The notes beneath the pieces were generated by a model. It saw only the letters and a program-made list of their open reading frames with translations, did no database searches and was not told where the DNA came from. A stretch of 64,000 nt of DNA, from the NCBI GenBank assembly GCA_902557215.1, contig CACDZM010000004.1:8831-72830 (forward strand), in the 5' to 3' direction. This DNA is from an uncultured Pelagibacteraceae bacterium. Lineage in GTDB: Bacteria > Pseudomonadota > Alphaproteobacteria > Pelagibacterales > Pelagibacteraceae. Made by a program: the position numbers and the translations under genes. Shown one piece after another: positions 48,497 through 59,218 of this stretch (within the stretch, counting starts at the first letter, position 1; each line of letters starts with the position of its first letter).

Positions 48497-49357
48497 TTAA
48501 GCATTTCTAAGCTTTAAAAATGAGTGAATAGCTATAGTAATTATAATAACAACTCCACCAAACAAAGTTTCAACACTTGGTTGTTCTCTAATTACCAGCC
48601 AAACCCATATTGGACCTATTATAGTTTCTAATAAAAAAAATAAATTAACTTCGGCAGCAGGTATAAATCTTGGGGCTATAGTTACCAAGACAAATGGTAT
48701 AGCCACACAAAGAATGCACATTAAAGGTACGATGATTAGATCTTGATTTATAAGTGCAAAATTTTCAACAAATAATAAAGCAAAGGTCGCTACAAGTAAT
48801 TTTCCAACAACTGCTGCTGGCACTAAATTTTTAGATTTTGCTGAGCGTATAGTCACCGCACCTACTGCTAATCCGATAGCAGTAATGAAACCTAAAATAT
48901 CTCCATAAAAATTTCCTAATTTAAGAGAGTCAAAAAAAATATAAATTACTGACAGAAAAGTAATGATAATTGATATAAGTGTTTTTTTATCTGGAGGTTC
49001 TTTTAGAAAAATCGCACCTAAAATAGCTGATAACATAGGAGCAGTAGCAATCATTACAAGAGTATTTGCTACATTTGTATTTTCAATTGAAACAACGAAA
49101 GTAATATTTGTTATACTAAAAGTGATAATATAGATTATGCCATGGATACCACTCGTCATAAGAATTTTGAAAAAATCTAATCTGTAAATTAAAATCATTC
49201 CAAAAAAAACTACAAAAAAAGGTATAATTCCTCTGTAAAAAACAAGTCCCCAAGTATCTACACTTGAGAGTCTGATAAATAATGAGTCCGGTGTGATAAA
49301 CATTACTGCGACAAATGCAAGTAACGAACCTTTCTGTTGATCAGTCAAATTTTTCAA
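48497..49357 (-). CDS. DMT/EamA-family transporter
   Basis: ITPDSLFIRL, FLKE, PAAEV.L..LLE...GPIWVWL...EQP. Confidence 0.88.
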   Translation of the reverse strand: MKNLTDQQKGSLLAFVAVMFITPDSLFIRLSSVDTWGLVFYRGIIPFFVVFFGMILIYRLDFFKILMTSGIHGIIYIITFSITNITFVVSIENTNVANTLVMIATAPMLSAILGAIFLKEPPDKKTLISIIITFLSVIYIFFDSLKLGNFYGDILGFITAIGLAVGAVTIRSAKSKNLVPAAVVGKLLVATFALLFVENFALINQDLIIVPLMCILCVAIPFVLVTIAPRFIPAAEVNLFFLLETIIGPIWVWLVIREQPSVETLFGGVVIIITIAIHSFLKLRNA

Positions 49358-50280
49358 GCTTTAAGTTCTTTCCAGAAAGTTTTAGCCAAATTAATATTTG
49401 ACAAATCATAAAATGTTTTTAATCCAGTAGGTGAGGTGACGTTAATATCTCCATTTAATTTTTGATCAATAAAATCAATTCCAGCAAGAAAAATATTTTC
49501 TTTTCTTAAATTTTTGGCAACCAGTTTAGATATTTTTTTTTCAACATTTGTTAACTGAGTATTTATTGGTTTTGCTCCTTTACTTATATTACTTAAGAAT
49601 GATCCTTTTTTTGGAACTCTTGATATAGCGCCCATAACTTTACCATTTATTAAAAAAACTCTTTTATCTCCTTTATTTATTTTTGGTAAATATTTTTGAC
49701 AAATTATGTATTCATGTCTTTTAATAAATTTTTTTATAAATTTAAGATCGAATTTACTTAATAAATGAATGTCATTTCCACCAAAGCTATGGATTGGTTT
49801 TAAAATCACTTTTTTATTTTTTTTAAAAAATTTTTTGATCTCATCAATATTTTGAGAAAAAATAGTTGGAGGCATATACTTTAGGTATTTGATAGCATAA
49901 AGTTTTTCAGAAATGTTTCTTATAGAGCTAGGATCATTTATAATTTTTACTTTATCTTTAATAGTTTCAAGAATATATGTTGTTGAGATATACTTGAGAT
50001 TAAACGGAGGATCTTGTCTGATTAAAATAAATTTGCAATCTACAAGATTTAATTTGTGTTTCTTAAATATTTTGAAAAATTTTTTTTTACTATAATTAAA
50101 TTTGACAAAATAACCCTCCGCAACAACTTTTGAATTTATGACAGATAAATTTTCAGGTTTATAATAAAAGACTTTATAATTTTTATTCTGAATTTCATGG
50201 GCTAAAAAAATACTAGTGTCTGTATTAGGATTAATTTTAGAAAAATGATCTCCTTGAATAGCTACAATTTTATTTATCAT
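49354..50280 (-). CDS. gshB: Glutathione synthetase
   Basis: DTS, IRQDPPF, N.P..IRN.SEK, KP....GG, GDKR, GIDFI, INVTSPTG. Confidence 0.95.
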   Translation of the reverse strand: MINKIVAIQGDHFSKINPNTDTSIFLAHEIQNKNYKVFYYKPENLSVINSKVVAEGYFVKFNYSKKKFFKIFKKHKLNLVDCKFILIRQDPPFNLKYISTTYILETIKDKVKIINDPSSIRNISEKLYAIKYLKYMPPTIFSQNIDEIKKFFKKNKKVILKPIHSFGGNDIHLLSKFDLKFIKKFIKRHEYIICQKYLPKINKGDKRVFLINGKVMGAISRVPKKGSFLSNISKGAKPINTQLTNVEKKISKLVAKNLRKENIFLAGIDFIDQKLNGDINVTSPTGLKTFYDLSNINLAKTFWKELKA

Positions 50281-51565
50281 ATAAATCTTTTAAATCTTCA
50301 TTTTTGGAAAATTTATTAATCATATGATCTGCGTTTGTTACTTTATTATCAATAATTGTTTGTAAATGATTTAAGAAAATAGCCTCATTTTTTTTGCTTT
50401 TATTTAGTTTGTCTCTTTTTTCCAATCCCTTTCTTGATATACTCAATAAGTTTGATGCCCAGTAGAGAAGATCTTTGCCCATTAATTGTGTATTAAATCC
50501 CTTTTCTGGTACCTCTAGATATGCATTGATAATTTTATTTTTTTCCCATTTAGAAACAATTTCAAAAGTTTCATCAATATTACCATACAATATTCCAATG
50601 TTAAATGCTGGACCAGCGCATAAACAATCCCAACCACACGTATCCATAGATCTCATCTCAATATATTTTTTTAATCTATTTTCTGTAAAGATTGTACTTA
50701 AGTGTGTAGATAGATCATTTTCATTCGGCATTCTATTTTTAATTTCATTAATTTTACCATTCATAAAATCTTTAAATACATATTTTTTACCAGATATATA
50801 TTTTTCATTATCTTTAATAAACAAAATTGGAAAGTTAATTACAAAATCAGCATATTTCTCAAAATTTAATTCCTCAAAAAAAATTTTTGGCAAACCACCT
50901 CTAGCAGTGTTTTGCCATACCTTGGATCTATATGACAAATAATTGCTTTTTTTTTTTTCTACGATTGAAGAATTAGCAAATAAAGCAATAGTGATGGGAA
51001 CGATTGAATTAACAATCTTAAATTTTTTAATAAAATCATTTTCAGAGTCATAATCAATGTTAATTTGCGTCCCACAAGTTCTATACATCATATCTAGGCT
51101 TAATTTTCCACCTTCTGGCATACTCTTAGTCATTAATTTATAACGTTCCTTTGGATTATTTGGAATCTCATTTAGCTTTGAAATTGGATCAAAACCAGCA
51201 CTCACAATATTTATGTTTAGTTTTTTTGTTACTTGTTTTAATTCAAACAGATAGTCCTGAGACTCTGCACACGCTTCATGTATATTATTTAATTTGTCTC
51301 CAGATAATTCAATTTGATTTCCAGGTTCAAGTGTAATATTTTTACCTTTTTTATTTAGACCAATTATATTGCCTTTTTCAGAAATTGGCTTCCAGCCAAA
51401 TTCCACCAAAGCACTAAACATTTCTTTAATTTTCGAATAATTAATCCTTTTATTATCGTTTTTATTGAATAAAAATTTTTCATGTTCAATTCCAATTTTG
51501 AAATTTTTTGTGTCTTTTATTCCAGATTTGAAATATCTGATTATTTGTTCTTTAGAGGTAATCAT
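50270..51565 (-). CDS. gshA: Glutamate--cysteine ligase (alphaproteobacterial/plant type)
   Basis: IGIEHEKF, ITLEPG.QIELSG, PK.RY..M, MMYRTCGTQIN.D, ALFANS, HLSTIF.E.RLKKYIEMR..D. Confidence 0.95.
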   Translation of the reverse strand: MITSKEQIIRYFKSGIKDTKNFKIGIEHEKFLFNKNDNKRINYSKIKEMFSALVEFGWKPISEKGNIIGLNKKGKNITLEPGNQIELSGDKLNNIHEACAESQDYLFELKQVTKKLNINIVSAGFDPISKLNEIPNNPKERYKLMTKSMPEGGKLSLDMMYRTCGTQINIDYDSENDFIKKFKIVNSIVPITIALFANSSIVEKKKSNYLSYRSKVWQNTARGGLPKIFFEELNFEKYADFVINFPILFIKDNEKYISGKKYVFKDFMNGKINEIKNRMPNENDLSTHLSTIFTENRLKKYIEMRSMDTCGWDCLCAGPAFNIGILYGNIDETFEIVSKWEKNKIINAYLEVPEKGFNTQLMGKDLLYWASNLLSISRKGLEKRDKLNKSKKNEAIFLNHLQTIIDNKVTNADHMINKFSKNEDLKDLYDK

Positions 51566-51595
51566 TTGTTTCTTAATAATACTTTATGGATAGAT

Positions 51596-52153
51596 TTAAA
51601 GTAAAGAATATGGCTTTCTAGAAAAAATTTTTTTTACCATTGGCCTAAAAAATTCTAAAGGAAATGATTTATAGTTTGGGTCAAAGGAAATTTGATCGTA
51701 TTTTTCACAAAAATCAATAGTGGCTTGGTAATATTTATGATCTTTATATTCGTCTCTCTTATTTCTATTACCTCCTAAGTGGTGAGCATAATAGTACATT
51801 TGAAATTCACCATGTTTTTCTATTATCCAATGAGTTTTTTCTGAAACATAAGGTTTTAAAATTGCAGCAGCATACTCAGAATGATTCATTGGTGCTAATT
51901 CGTCTCCAATATCATGTAATAAAGCAGCAACTACCATCTCTTCACTTTCTTTATTTTTATAAGCTCTAGTCGCACTTTGAAGAGAATGCTCCAATCTAGA
52001 AACTTGATAACCCTCCAAAGTTTCAGTGAGATTAGACATAAATTTTAAGATCCGTTCAGCAGTCTTATTTGCAAAATCTTTTTCATGTTTGTCTAAAAAA
52101 AGGTAATCTTCCTTAGTTCCCTTTTTCATTTCTGTAAAACTAACTTTTTTCAT
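51596..52153 (-). CDS. HD-domain metalloprotein, PhnZ/TmpB-like
   Basis: LEHSLQSAT.A, AALLHDIGD, NH, KHGEFQ, YDQ.SFDP: H..HD..H..H..D ligand pattern. Confidence 0.8.
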   Translation of the reverse strand: MKKVSFTEMKKGTKEDYLFLDKHEKDFANKTAERILKFMSNLTETLEGYQVSRLEHSLQSATRAYKNKESEEMVVAALLHDIGDELAPMNHSEYAAAILKPYVSEKTHWIIEKHGEFQMYYYAHHLGGNRNKRDEYKDHKYYQATIDFCEKYDQISFDPNYKSFPLEFFRPMVKKIFSRKPYSLL

Positions 52154-52156
52154 TAT

Positions 52157-53638
52157 CTAGTTGTTTGATACCGAGCTTAGTAAAGACAACTGAGTAATCT
52201 TACTATCACCAAGTTCATCAACAGGCTTAATCGGGTAGTCACCTGTAAAGTAATGATCAGTTAATTGAGGATAAGTTTCATTTCTTTTGTCAAAGCCAAT
52301 AGCTCTGTATAAACCATTTATAGATAAGAACTTTAAAGACTTAGCCCCAATATACTCACAAATCTCATTATTTGATTTATTTGCAGCTAATAATTCTTTT
52401 TTAGTTGGTGTATCAACTCCATAAAAATCTGGGTATTTAATTTCTGGGCAAGCTATTCTCACATGGACTTCTTTTGCGCCAGCATCATAAAGCATTTTAA
52501 CAATTTTAAGAGATGTTGTTCCTCGAACTAAAGAGTCGTCTACTAGAATTATTTTTTTATTTTTAATTGTTGTTTGATTAGCGTTTAACTTAAGTTTAAC
52601 ACCTAAGCTTCTAATTTTCTGACTTGGCTCAATAAAAGTTCTGCCCACATAATGATTTCTTATTAATCCGTGTTCAAAATTAATCCTTAATTTTTGAGAA
52701 AATCCCAAAGCTGCTGCATTTCCCGAGTCAGGAACGGGCACAACAATATCCGCATCTATATCATTTTCTTCAGCAAGCTCTTTTCCTAAATTTTTTCTAT
52801 GTTCATAAGCGGTTTTGTTATTTATAAGACTGTCTGGTCTTGCAAAATAAATATATTCAAATACGCATGGTCTAATTTTTTTTGGGGGAAAAGGTTTGAT
52901 ACTTGATAGTTGATTATTTTCTATAAAAACAATTTCACCATTTTCTACTTCTCTTATAAATTTTGCTCCAATGATATCTAAAGCACAGGTTTCTGATGCT
53001 AACACATAGCTACTTCCTAATTTACCAATTACTAGTGGCCTAATTCCATAAGGATCTCTTACTCCAATTAAAGATGTTTGTGTTAACATGACTAAAGCGT
53101 AACCACCTTGTATTTGAAATATTGCATCTACAACCTTATCAATGGTTTTAGATCTTTTTGATTTAGCTATTAATTGGACAATAGTCTCAGTATCTGAGGT
53201 AGTATAAAATATTGCACCATCCTCAACTAGTTTATTTCTTAGATAAATTGAATTTGTTAAATTTCCGTTGTGTGCAACACCGATACCACCAGCGTTGGTA
53301 TCAGCAAAAAAAGGTTGAATATTTCTAAGAGTATTATTCCCAGTAGTGCTATATCGATTATGACCAATAGCATAATCACCTTTAAGATTATTTAGTATTT
53401 TTTCTTTATTAAAATTGTCACCAACTAAACCAAATCTTTTTTCTGAATAATATTTTTTGCCATCAAAAGTGACTATACCACATCCCTCTTGTCCACGATG
53501 CTGTAGAGCGTGCAGACCAAGCGCAGTCAAAGCTGAAGCATCTTTTGCATTACTAATACCAAATACACCACATTCCTCTTTAAATTTTTGGTTAAAGCTC
53601 TTCAATTTTTTCTTTTGAGTCTTGATAACTTTTTTCAT
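52157..53638 (-). CDS. purF: Amidophosphoribosyltransferase
   Basis: EECGVFG, LQHRGQE, GHNRYST, HNGNL, PVPDSG, LVDDSLVRGTT; true start may be TTG 53605 (11 aa propeptide). Confidence 0.97.
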   Translation of the reverse strand: MKKVIKTQKKKLKSFNQKFKEECGVFGISNAKDASALTALGLHALQHRGQEGCGIVTFDGKKYYSEKRFGLVGDNFNKEKILNNLKGDYAIGHNRYSTTGNNTLRNIQPFFADTNAGGIGVAHNGNLTNSIYLRNKLVEDGAIFYTTSDTETIVQLIAKSKRSKTIDKVVDAIFQIQGGYALVMLTQTSLIGVRDPYGIRPLVIGKLGSSYVLASETCALDIIGAKFIREVENGEIVFIENNQLSSIKPFPPKKIRPCVFEYIYFARPDSLINNKTAYEHRKNLGKELAEENDIDADIVVPVPDSGNAAALGFSQKLRINFEHGLIRNHYVGRTFIEPSQKIRSLGVKLKLNANQTTIKNKKIILVDDSLVRGTTSLKIVKMLYDAGAKEVHVRIACPEIKYPDFYGVDTPTKKELLAANKSNNEICEYIGAKSLKFLSINGLYRAIGFDKRNETYPQLTDHYFTGDYPIKPVDELGDSKITQLSLLSSVSNN

Positions 53639-54137
53639 TAGGAAATTCTTTTAATAAATAATTACTACCTTTTTCTAAATATGGAAAGATGTATGATTTA
53701 TTTAAATTAGTCGGCCATTTATCATAATTATAGACTAAGTGAATAGCTGAAAATAGGCAAATAGCTATTATATATGATCTTATAAACCCAAAAAAGAATC
53801 CAAATATAGAGTCTAATTTTCCAAGTCCTGTATATTTAATTGCTTTACTTATCCCTTTACTAATAAGTAATACAAGAAATATTATAATTACAAAAATCAG
53901 AAGGCCCAAAGTAATATCTAAGATATATTCACTATCAATTATATCTTTTACGTAAGGTTTTGCTTTTGGGAAAATAATTAGGGTCATGATATATGCAAAT
54001 AGCCATTTGCTCATTGCCAAAATACTAAGTACAAATCCCTTTCTATAACATTTTACTAGAGACAAAATTGTTAAAGTTAAGTAAATTAGATCTATAATTG
54101 ATATGGAATTATAAAATTCCTTTAAAATTTCAATCAT
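53592..54137 (-). CDS. cvpA: Colicin V production protein CvpA
   Basis: IDL....S....YRKGFV, GL..LD..FG..FG..R; canonical position upstream of purF. Confidence 0.88.
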   Translation of the reverse strand: MIEILKEFYNSISIIDLIYLTLTILSLVKCYRKGFVLSILAMSKWLFAYIMTLIIFPKAKPYVKDIIDSEYILDITLGLLIFVIIIFLVLLISKGISKAIKYTGLGKLDSIFGFFFGFIRSYIIAICLFSAIHLVYNYDKWPTNLNKSYIFPYLEKGSNYLLKEFPNEKSYQDSKEKIEEL

Positions 54138-54143
54138 CGATAG

Positions 54144-56531
54144 TTATTTTCCAAAAGGTTTAATAAAAAGTATTAAGGATGGCAATAGAGTCAGAACTGA
54201 TACCATTGCCAATAACATTGCCAGACCTGTAAAAATACCAAAGTAAATTGTTGGAATGAACTTGGATAAAACTAATATTGAAAAACCAAAAACTATTGTT
54301 ATTGAAGTATTTAAAATAGCTTTACCTACTGTAGAGTGGCAAGTTTTGATAGTTTCTTTATAATTTTCTGAGGTGGCAAATTCTTCTTTAAATCTATAAA
54401 TGTAATGAATACTATTATCTACAGCAATACCAATTGTTATTGCAGCTATTGTAATTGTCATCATATCTAAAGGGATTCCAAGCAAACCAATTATACCCAA
54501 TATGAAAAAAGCAGCTATAAAATTTGGCACAACCCCAATTAAAGATAATTTTATGTTTCTAAAAAGAATTAAAAACATTACAAATATACCACTCATTACT
54601 AAACCCAAAGTCAATATTTGAGATTTAAAAAGACTTTGTAGTAAATTATTAAATAAGATTAGAACACCAGCAAGCTTAAATTCATTTTCCTTTAATCCAA
54701 TTTTATTTTTTAGGTCATAATTAATCTTTTTTAATAAATCATTTCTTCGCAAATTTTCTTGAGAATCGATTATTCTTAAACTAATACGAGCCTCGTTATC
54801 ATTTATAGATATGTATGGATCAATAATTTCTGTTTTTATATTTTCAGGAATCTTAGAGTAGAGGACCCCCATTTCTAAACTTCCCAGCGGCTTATTATTG
54901 TTAAGCACTGTAGCAACATCAATTATAGAGGAAAAAGACAAAACCTTACCAACTTGTGGAAGTCCATCTAGATAATTGTGTACTGAAGCTATTTTATCTA
55001 TTTTGTCTTTAGTAAACCAGTATTTCTCTAAATCATTCTCACTTTCATCTCCCCAATCCTCAAACTCATCATCCTCTTCATTATTTATATCTTCCTTATT
55101 AGGAAATTTTAAAATTACTTCCAAAGGCGTAGTTCCTCCGAGTTTTTCATCTATAAGTTTCATCCCTTTGTAAATTTCAGTTTTTTTGTCAAAGTAATTG
55201 ATAAAACTATTTTCCACTTCTAGACGGCTTATGCCAATTAAACTTGTAACAATAATCATTCCTGTAACAACGAAAATAGCTATTTGATTATTTTGGGAAA
55301 TCTTTGAAAAAAAATTAGTTATTTTCGACTCTTTGTATTTATCTAAAGTAATATTTTCTTCTGGAACAAAATTAATTAGGGTAGGCAATAATGTAAAAGT
55401 AATAATGAATGAAGTTATTAAACCAAAAGTCATCATCCAACCAAAATCTATAATTGGTTTTATTTCACTAAATATAAGAGATAAAAAAGCAATTATTGTA
55501 GTAATAACAGTGTACAAAATTGGCCAAAACATCTTCTTTGTAGTCAATGAAATTAATTCAAAAATATTCTTTTTAGGAAAATTTTCCTTCAATTGTAAAA
55601 AACGAGTACTCATATGAATATTCATTGCCATAGTTAAAATTAACATTAGAGCTATAAAGTTCGATGAAATTACAGTGACTTTCCAGTTTAGCAATCCGAG
55701 AATTCCCATCATTATTATGACCGAAAAAAAACAACTACTTATAGGAACAATAATCCAAATTAATTTTTTAAATACAAACCACAATGTAAAAACGATGAAT
55801 ATAAAAACACCTAAACCAAAAACTATTATATCACTTTTTATAAATGTCATCATGTCATCTGCAATCATCGGTATCCCACCTAAAAAGATTTTTCCGATGT
55901 TCTCATAACTTTTGATTACATTTCTGATTTCAATAATATTTTCATGGTTTTGTTTTTTTATCTTATCTTTAAAATCCTCTATTTCTTCTCTTGTTTTATT
56001 TTTGATATCTTTTAAATCTTCACTTTTTTTAAGATTTACAATTATCCCACTTGTTTTACCGTCTTCACTTATAACAAAATTTCTAAAAACTGGACTATTT
56101 AAAATTTCTTTAAAACCTCTCTCTTTATCCACACCTTCATCTTTTAGAGTTTTAAAATTTTTAAGCCTTTCTTGCAACGATTCATCAGAACTATTCAGAA
56201 GAGGTATATCTAAAAGAGTAATAACACTGTGAACCCAATTCAAACTTTGAATTTTATATTTTAAACTCAATAAATTATTTATTGAGTTTTCTGATATCAT
56301 ATCTTCATTAGGGGTATACGTAAGAACTAAAAATTCTTTTGATCCATATCTATCAGTGACCTCTCGTAGATATTCTAAATCTGGATCACCCTCAATTAAA
56401 AGAGTTTCGGAAGAGGCATCTAATCTAAAATTTTTTGAATAATTTCCAAAACTTATTAATACGACCAATAATAAAAGAAAAATTAATTTTGGGTTTTTTA
56501 ATATAAGATTTTGATATAAACGCGCTATCAT
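54144..56531 (-). CDS. RND/MMPL-family exporter (YdfJ/HpnN-like)
   Basis: Two TM repeats, TTIIAFLSL, GIAVDNSIHY, G.AIL.TS...GFS.L..S.F.P; ATG 56531 preferred over 56597, which overlaps dnaB. Confidence 0.88.
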   Translation of the reverse strand: MIARLYQNLILKNPKLIFLLLLVVLISFGNYSKNFRLDASSETLLIEGDPDLEYLREVTDRYGSKEFLVLTYTPNEDMISENSINNLLSLKYKIQSLNWVHSVITLLDIPLLNSSDESLQERLKNFKTLKDEGVDKERGFKEILNSPVFRNFVISEDGKTSGIIVNLKKSEDLKDIKNKTREEIEDFKDKIKKQNHENIIEIRNVIKSYENIGKIFLGGIPMIADDMMTFIKSDIIVFGLGVFIFIVFTLWFVFKKLIWIIVPISSCFFSVIIMMGILGLLNWKVTVISSNFIALMLILTMAMNIHMSTRFLQLKENFPKKNIFELISLTTKKMFWPILYTVITTIIAFLSLIFSEIKPIIDFGWMMTFGLITSFIITFTLLPTLINFVPEENITLDKYKESKITNFFSKISQNNQIAIFVVTGMIIVTSLIGISRLEVENSFINYFDKKTEIYKGMKLIDEKLGGTTPLEVILKFPNKEDINNEEDDEFEDWGDESENDLEKYWFTKDKIDKIASVHNYLDGLPQVGKVLSFSSIIDVATVLNNNKPLGSLEMGVLYSKIPENIKTEIIDPYISINDNEARISLRIIDSQENLRRNDLLKKINYDLKNKIGLKENEFKLAGVLILFNNLLQSLFKSQILTLGLVMSGIFVMFLILFRNIKLSLIGVVPNFIAAFFILGIIGLLGIPLDMMTITIAAITIGIAVDNSIHYIYRFKEEFATSENYKETIKTCHSTVGKAILNTSITIVFGFSILVLSKFIPTIYFGIFTGLAMLLAMVSVLTLLPSLILFIKPFGK

Positions 56532-56553
56532 TGTAGCTCTTTTATATTTTACT

Positions 56554-57972
56554 TTAACTATTTTGAGTATCTTTAAATTTAGTAAACATTGCCTCAAATT
56601 CTAACATTATATTTCCTGTAGGTCCGTGTCTTTGTTTGCTTATTATAATTTCAGCTAGATTTGATACCTCATTCATTTTAGCCTGCCATTCAGCATGCTC
56701 TACTGTTGCTGGTCTCGGTTCTTTTCTTTCAAGGTAATAAGCTTCTCTATATACAAACATTACAACATCTGCATCCTGCTCAATTGAACCGGACTCCCTT
56801 AAATCTGATAATTGGGGTTTTTTGTCATCCCTTTGCTCTACAGCTCTTGATAATTGTGAGAGAGCCACCACAGGTACAGACAGTTCTTTTGCTATAGCCT
56901 TTAAACCTTGTGTTATTTCTGAAATTTCTTGAACTCTACCATCTTTGTTATTGTAAGTTCCTTTCATTAATTGGATATAGTCTACAACAATCATATCTAG
57001 CCCAAACAATCTTTTAATTCTTCTTGCTCTATTAGTCATTGCAGCAATATTTATAGCTGGAGTTTCATCTATATATAAAGGTAACTCTGAAATATTCTTT
57101 GAAGTTTCAATAAATTTATCAAATTGATCATCTGAAATTTTACCTCTTCTAATATCATTTGATTTAATTCTTGATTGTTCAGCTAATATTCTAGTAGATA
57201 ATTGTTCAGATGACATTTCTAATGAAAAGAAAGCAATTGAGGATTTTTTTCCATTATCTTGTAATTTTTTAGCAGCATTAAAAGCTATATTTGTAGCTAA
57301 TGCAGTTTTACCCATTGAAGGCCTACCAGCTATTATAATCAAATCTGATTGATGAAGACCTCCAAGCCTATCATCCAAATCTCTTAATCCTGTGGGAACT
57401 CCAACAATACCCTCTTCATTTTTGTATGCAGCAGATGCCATTTCAATAGTTTGTTTCAGTGCTTCGTCAAACTTAATTAAAGAAGAGTTAAAGGAACCTT
57501 TTTCCGCAAGATCGAATAACAATCTCTCTGAATTTTCAATAATATTTTGGCCATTAGTATTTAAATCATTGATTTTTGCTGTATCTATAGTTTGTTCTGA
57601 GATTTTAATTAATTCTCTCCTAACAAACATATCATAAATAATTTTAGAATATTCAATAGCCTGTCTTGTTGAGGTAGAAAATTTAGTGACTTTTATCAAA
57701 TACTCAGGAACATTTAGATCATTTTTTTCATCTTTAAAATAATTTTTTAAAGTTATAGGATTAGCTAACATTCCTTTATAGATTAAATTTTCAATAGAAT
57801 TAAATATTTTTTGGTGCAGAGGGTCAAAAAAATTCACATTAGAAATTATAGTATTAATCTCATCAAACAATTCATTAGAAACTAATATAGAGCCTATAAC
57901 TGCCTGTTCTGCTTCGATATTATTTGGAAGCTCTTTAAAATTGTTTTTTACAATACTGAGATTATTTTCCAC
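56554..57972 (-). CDS. dnaB: Replicative DNA helicase
   Basis: EAEQAVIG, AGRPSMGKT, FSLEMS, VDYIQL, LSQLSR, DLRESGSIEQDAD, KQRHGP; no intein. Confidence 0.98.
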   Translation of the reverse strand: MENNLSIVKNNFKELPNNIEAEQAVIGSILVSNELFDEINTIISNVNFFDPLHQKIFNSIENLIYKGMLANPITLKNYFKDEKNDLNVPEYLIKVTKFSTSTRQAIEYSKIIYDMFVRRELIKISEQTIDTAKINDLNTNGQNIIENSERLLFDLAEKGSFNSSLIKFDEALKQTIEMASAAYKNEEGIVGVPTGLRDLDDRLGGLHQSDLIIIAGRPSMGKTALATNIAFNAAKKLQDNGKKSSIAFFSLEMSSEQLSTRILAEQSRIKSNDIRRGKISDDQFDKFIETSKNISELPLYIDETPAINIAAMTNRARRIKRLFGLDMIVVDYIQLMKGTYNNKDGRVQEISEITQGLKAIAKELSVPVVALSQLSRAVEQRDDKKPQLSDLRESGSIEQDADVVMFVYREAYYLERKEPRPATVEHAEWQAKMNEVSNLAEIIISKQRHGPTGNIMLEFEAMFTKFKDTQNS

Positions 57973-58038
57973 ACTAAATAATACACTAAAACTGTTGTTT
58001 TAAAATTAGCAAAATAACTTGGGGAAAAAATTGTATAA

Positions 58039-58497
58039 TTATTGTATTGACTCTGATGTCTCAACATTGATTATTATTTCAGCGTCAACTTCTGAGTGTA
58101 AATTAATTTTTACTTTAAACTTGCCTAGAGATTTAATCTCATTTATTGGTTGTATTGTTGAAGGTTTGATTTCAACTTTATCTTTTTCAAAAATTAATTT
58201 AGAAATTTCTGTTGGTTTGACTGATCCATAAAGTTCATTATTTTCAGTACATAATTTTTTAACAGTGTATTGTTTTCTATTTATTTTTTCATGTAGGGAG
58301 TTTGCAAATTGTTTTTTTTCATTATCTTTCTTTGATAATTCTGATTTAATTTTTCCAACTGATAAAATATTTTTTTTTGAAGCATATAAAGCTTTTTTGT
58401 TGGCTATTAAATAATTTCTTGCAAATCCTCTTTTCACATCTATTATTTCGCCAATAGAGCCTAATCTTTTAATACTCTCTAATAAAATTATCTTCAT
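58039..58497 (-). CDS. rplI: 50S ribosomal protein L9
   Basis: MKIILLE....LG..G....VK.GFARNYLI, LYGSV, IKSLG. Confidence 0.97.
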   Translation of the reverse strand: MKIILLESIKRLGSIGEIIDVKRGFARNYLIANKKALYASKKNILSVGKIKSELSKKDNEKKQFANSLHEKINRKQYTVKKLCTENNELYGSVKPTEISKLIFEKDKVEIKPSTIQPINEIKSLGKFKVKINLHSEVDAEIIINVETSESIQ

Positions 58498-58775
58498 TAC
58501 AATAATGCTAGATTTCTTGCCCGTTTAATAGACAAAGATAATTCTCTTTGTTTTTTTTGGCTTACATTTGTTATCCTGGATGGAAGTATCTTTCCATTTT
58601 CAGAAATGTACTTTTTTAGTAGTTTTATGTTTTTATAATCAATTTCAGGGGCACCCTTAATTGAAAGTGGACAAGATTTTTTAAATTTGTATTTATTAGG
58701 CTGAAAAATACTTAACTTAGCAAAATTGCTTTGTTTACTTTTTTTATTTCCACTTTGTCTCTGTTTTTTTGGCAT
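58497..58775 (-). CDS. rpsR: 30S ribosomal protein S18
   Basis: [20 protein letters not shown]...K.QR.L...IKRAR. Confidence 0.97.
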   Translation of the reverse strand: MPKKQRQSGNKKSKQSNFAKLSIFQPNKYKFKKSCPLSIKGAPEIDYKNIKLLKKYISENGKILPSRITNVSQKKQRELSLSIKRARNLALL

Positions 58776-58777
58776 AA

Positions 58778-59134
58778 TTAATTTTTATTCTCTCTCTTTT
58801 TTTCACTATCTTCCTTTTTTGAACTAAAATAATTTGTGTTTAGATCAAATTTTTTAACTTTAATAGTTAGATATCTTAGTAATTTTTTGTCAATAGCTTC
58901 ATTTTTTTCTAATTCATCTATCATTTTACCATTACCTTTTATTTTAAAGTGTATATAGCTTCCTTTTTTATTTTTCTTAATTAAATAAGAAAGGTTAATT
59001 AAACCCCAATTTTCAGTTTTAATTATTTCTCCATTATTTTTTTCAACGATTTTTGAGTACTTTTCAGTTAATAGTTTAATTTCGCTTGGCGATGCATCTT
59101 GCCTAGTAATGATTGTATGTTCGTATAAATTCAT
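58778..59134 (-). CDS. rpsF: 30S ribosomal protein S6
   Basis: YEH..I.RQD, E.WG...L.Y.IKK..KG.Y, LRYL. Confidence 0.96.
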   Translation of the reverse strand: MNLYEHTIITRQDASPSEIKLLTEKYSKIVEKNNGEIIKTENWGLINLSYLIKKNKKGSYIHFKIKGNGKMIDELEKNEAIDKKLLRYLTIKVKKFDLNTNYFSSKKEDSEKKRENKN

Positions 59135-59218
59135 ATTTGTTCTTTAATAAAAATTGTGGATATACTATTATAATAATTTAATTACAACAGCTAAATAACT
59201 AAAAAGTAAAGATTTTAA

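Noticed and set aside
58010-59163. Near-DnaA boxes upstream of dnaB (TGGGGAAAA) and between rpsF and fabD (TGTGGATAT)
   Set aside because: Single copies with mismatches; not distinguishable from chance.
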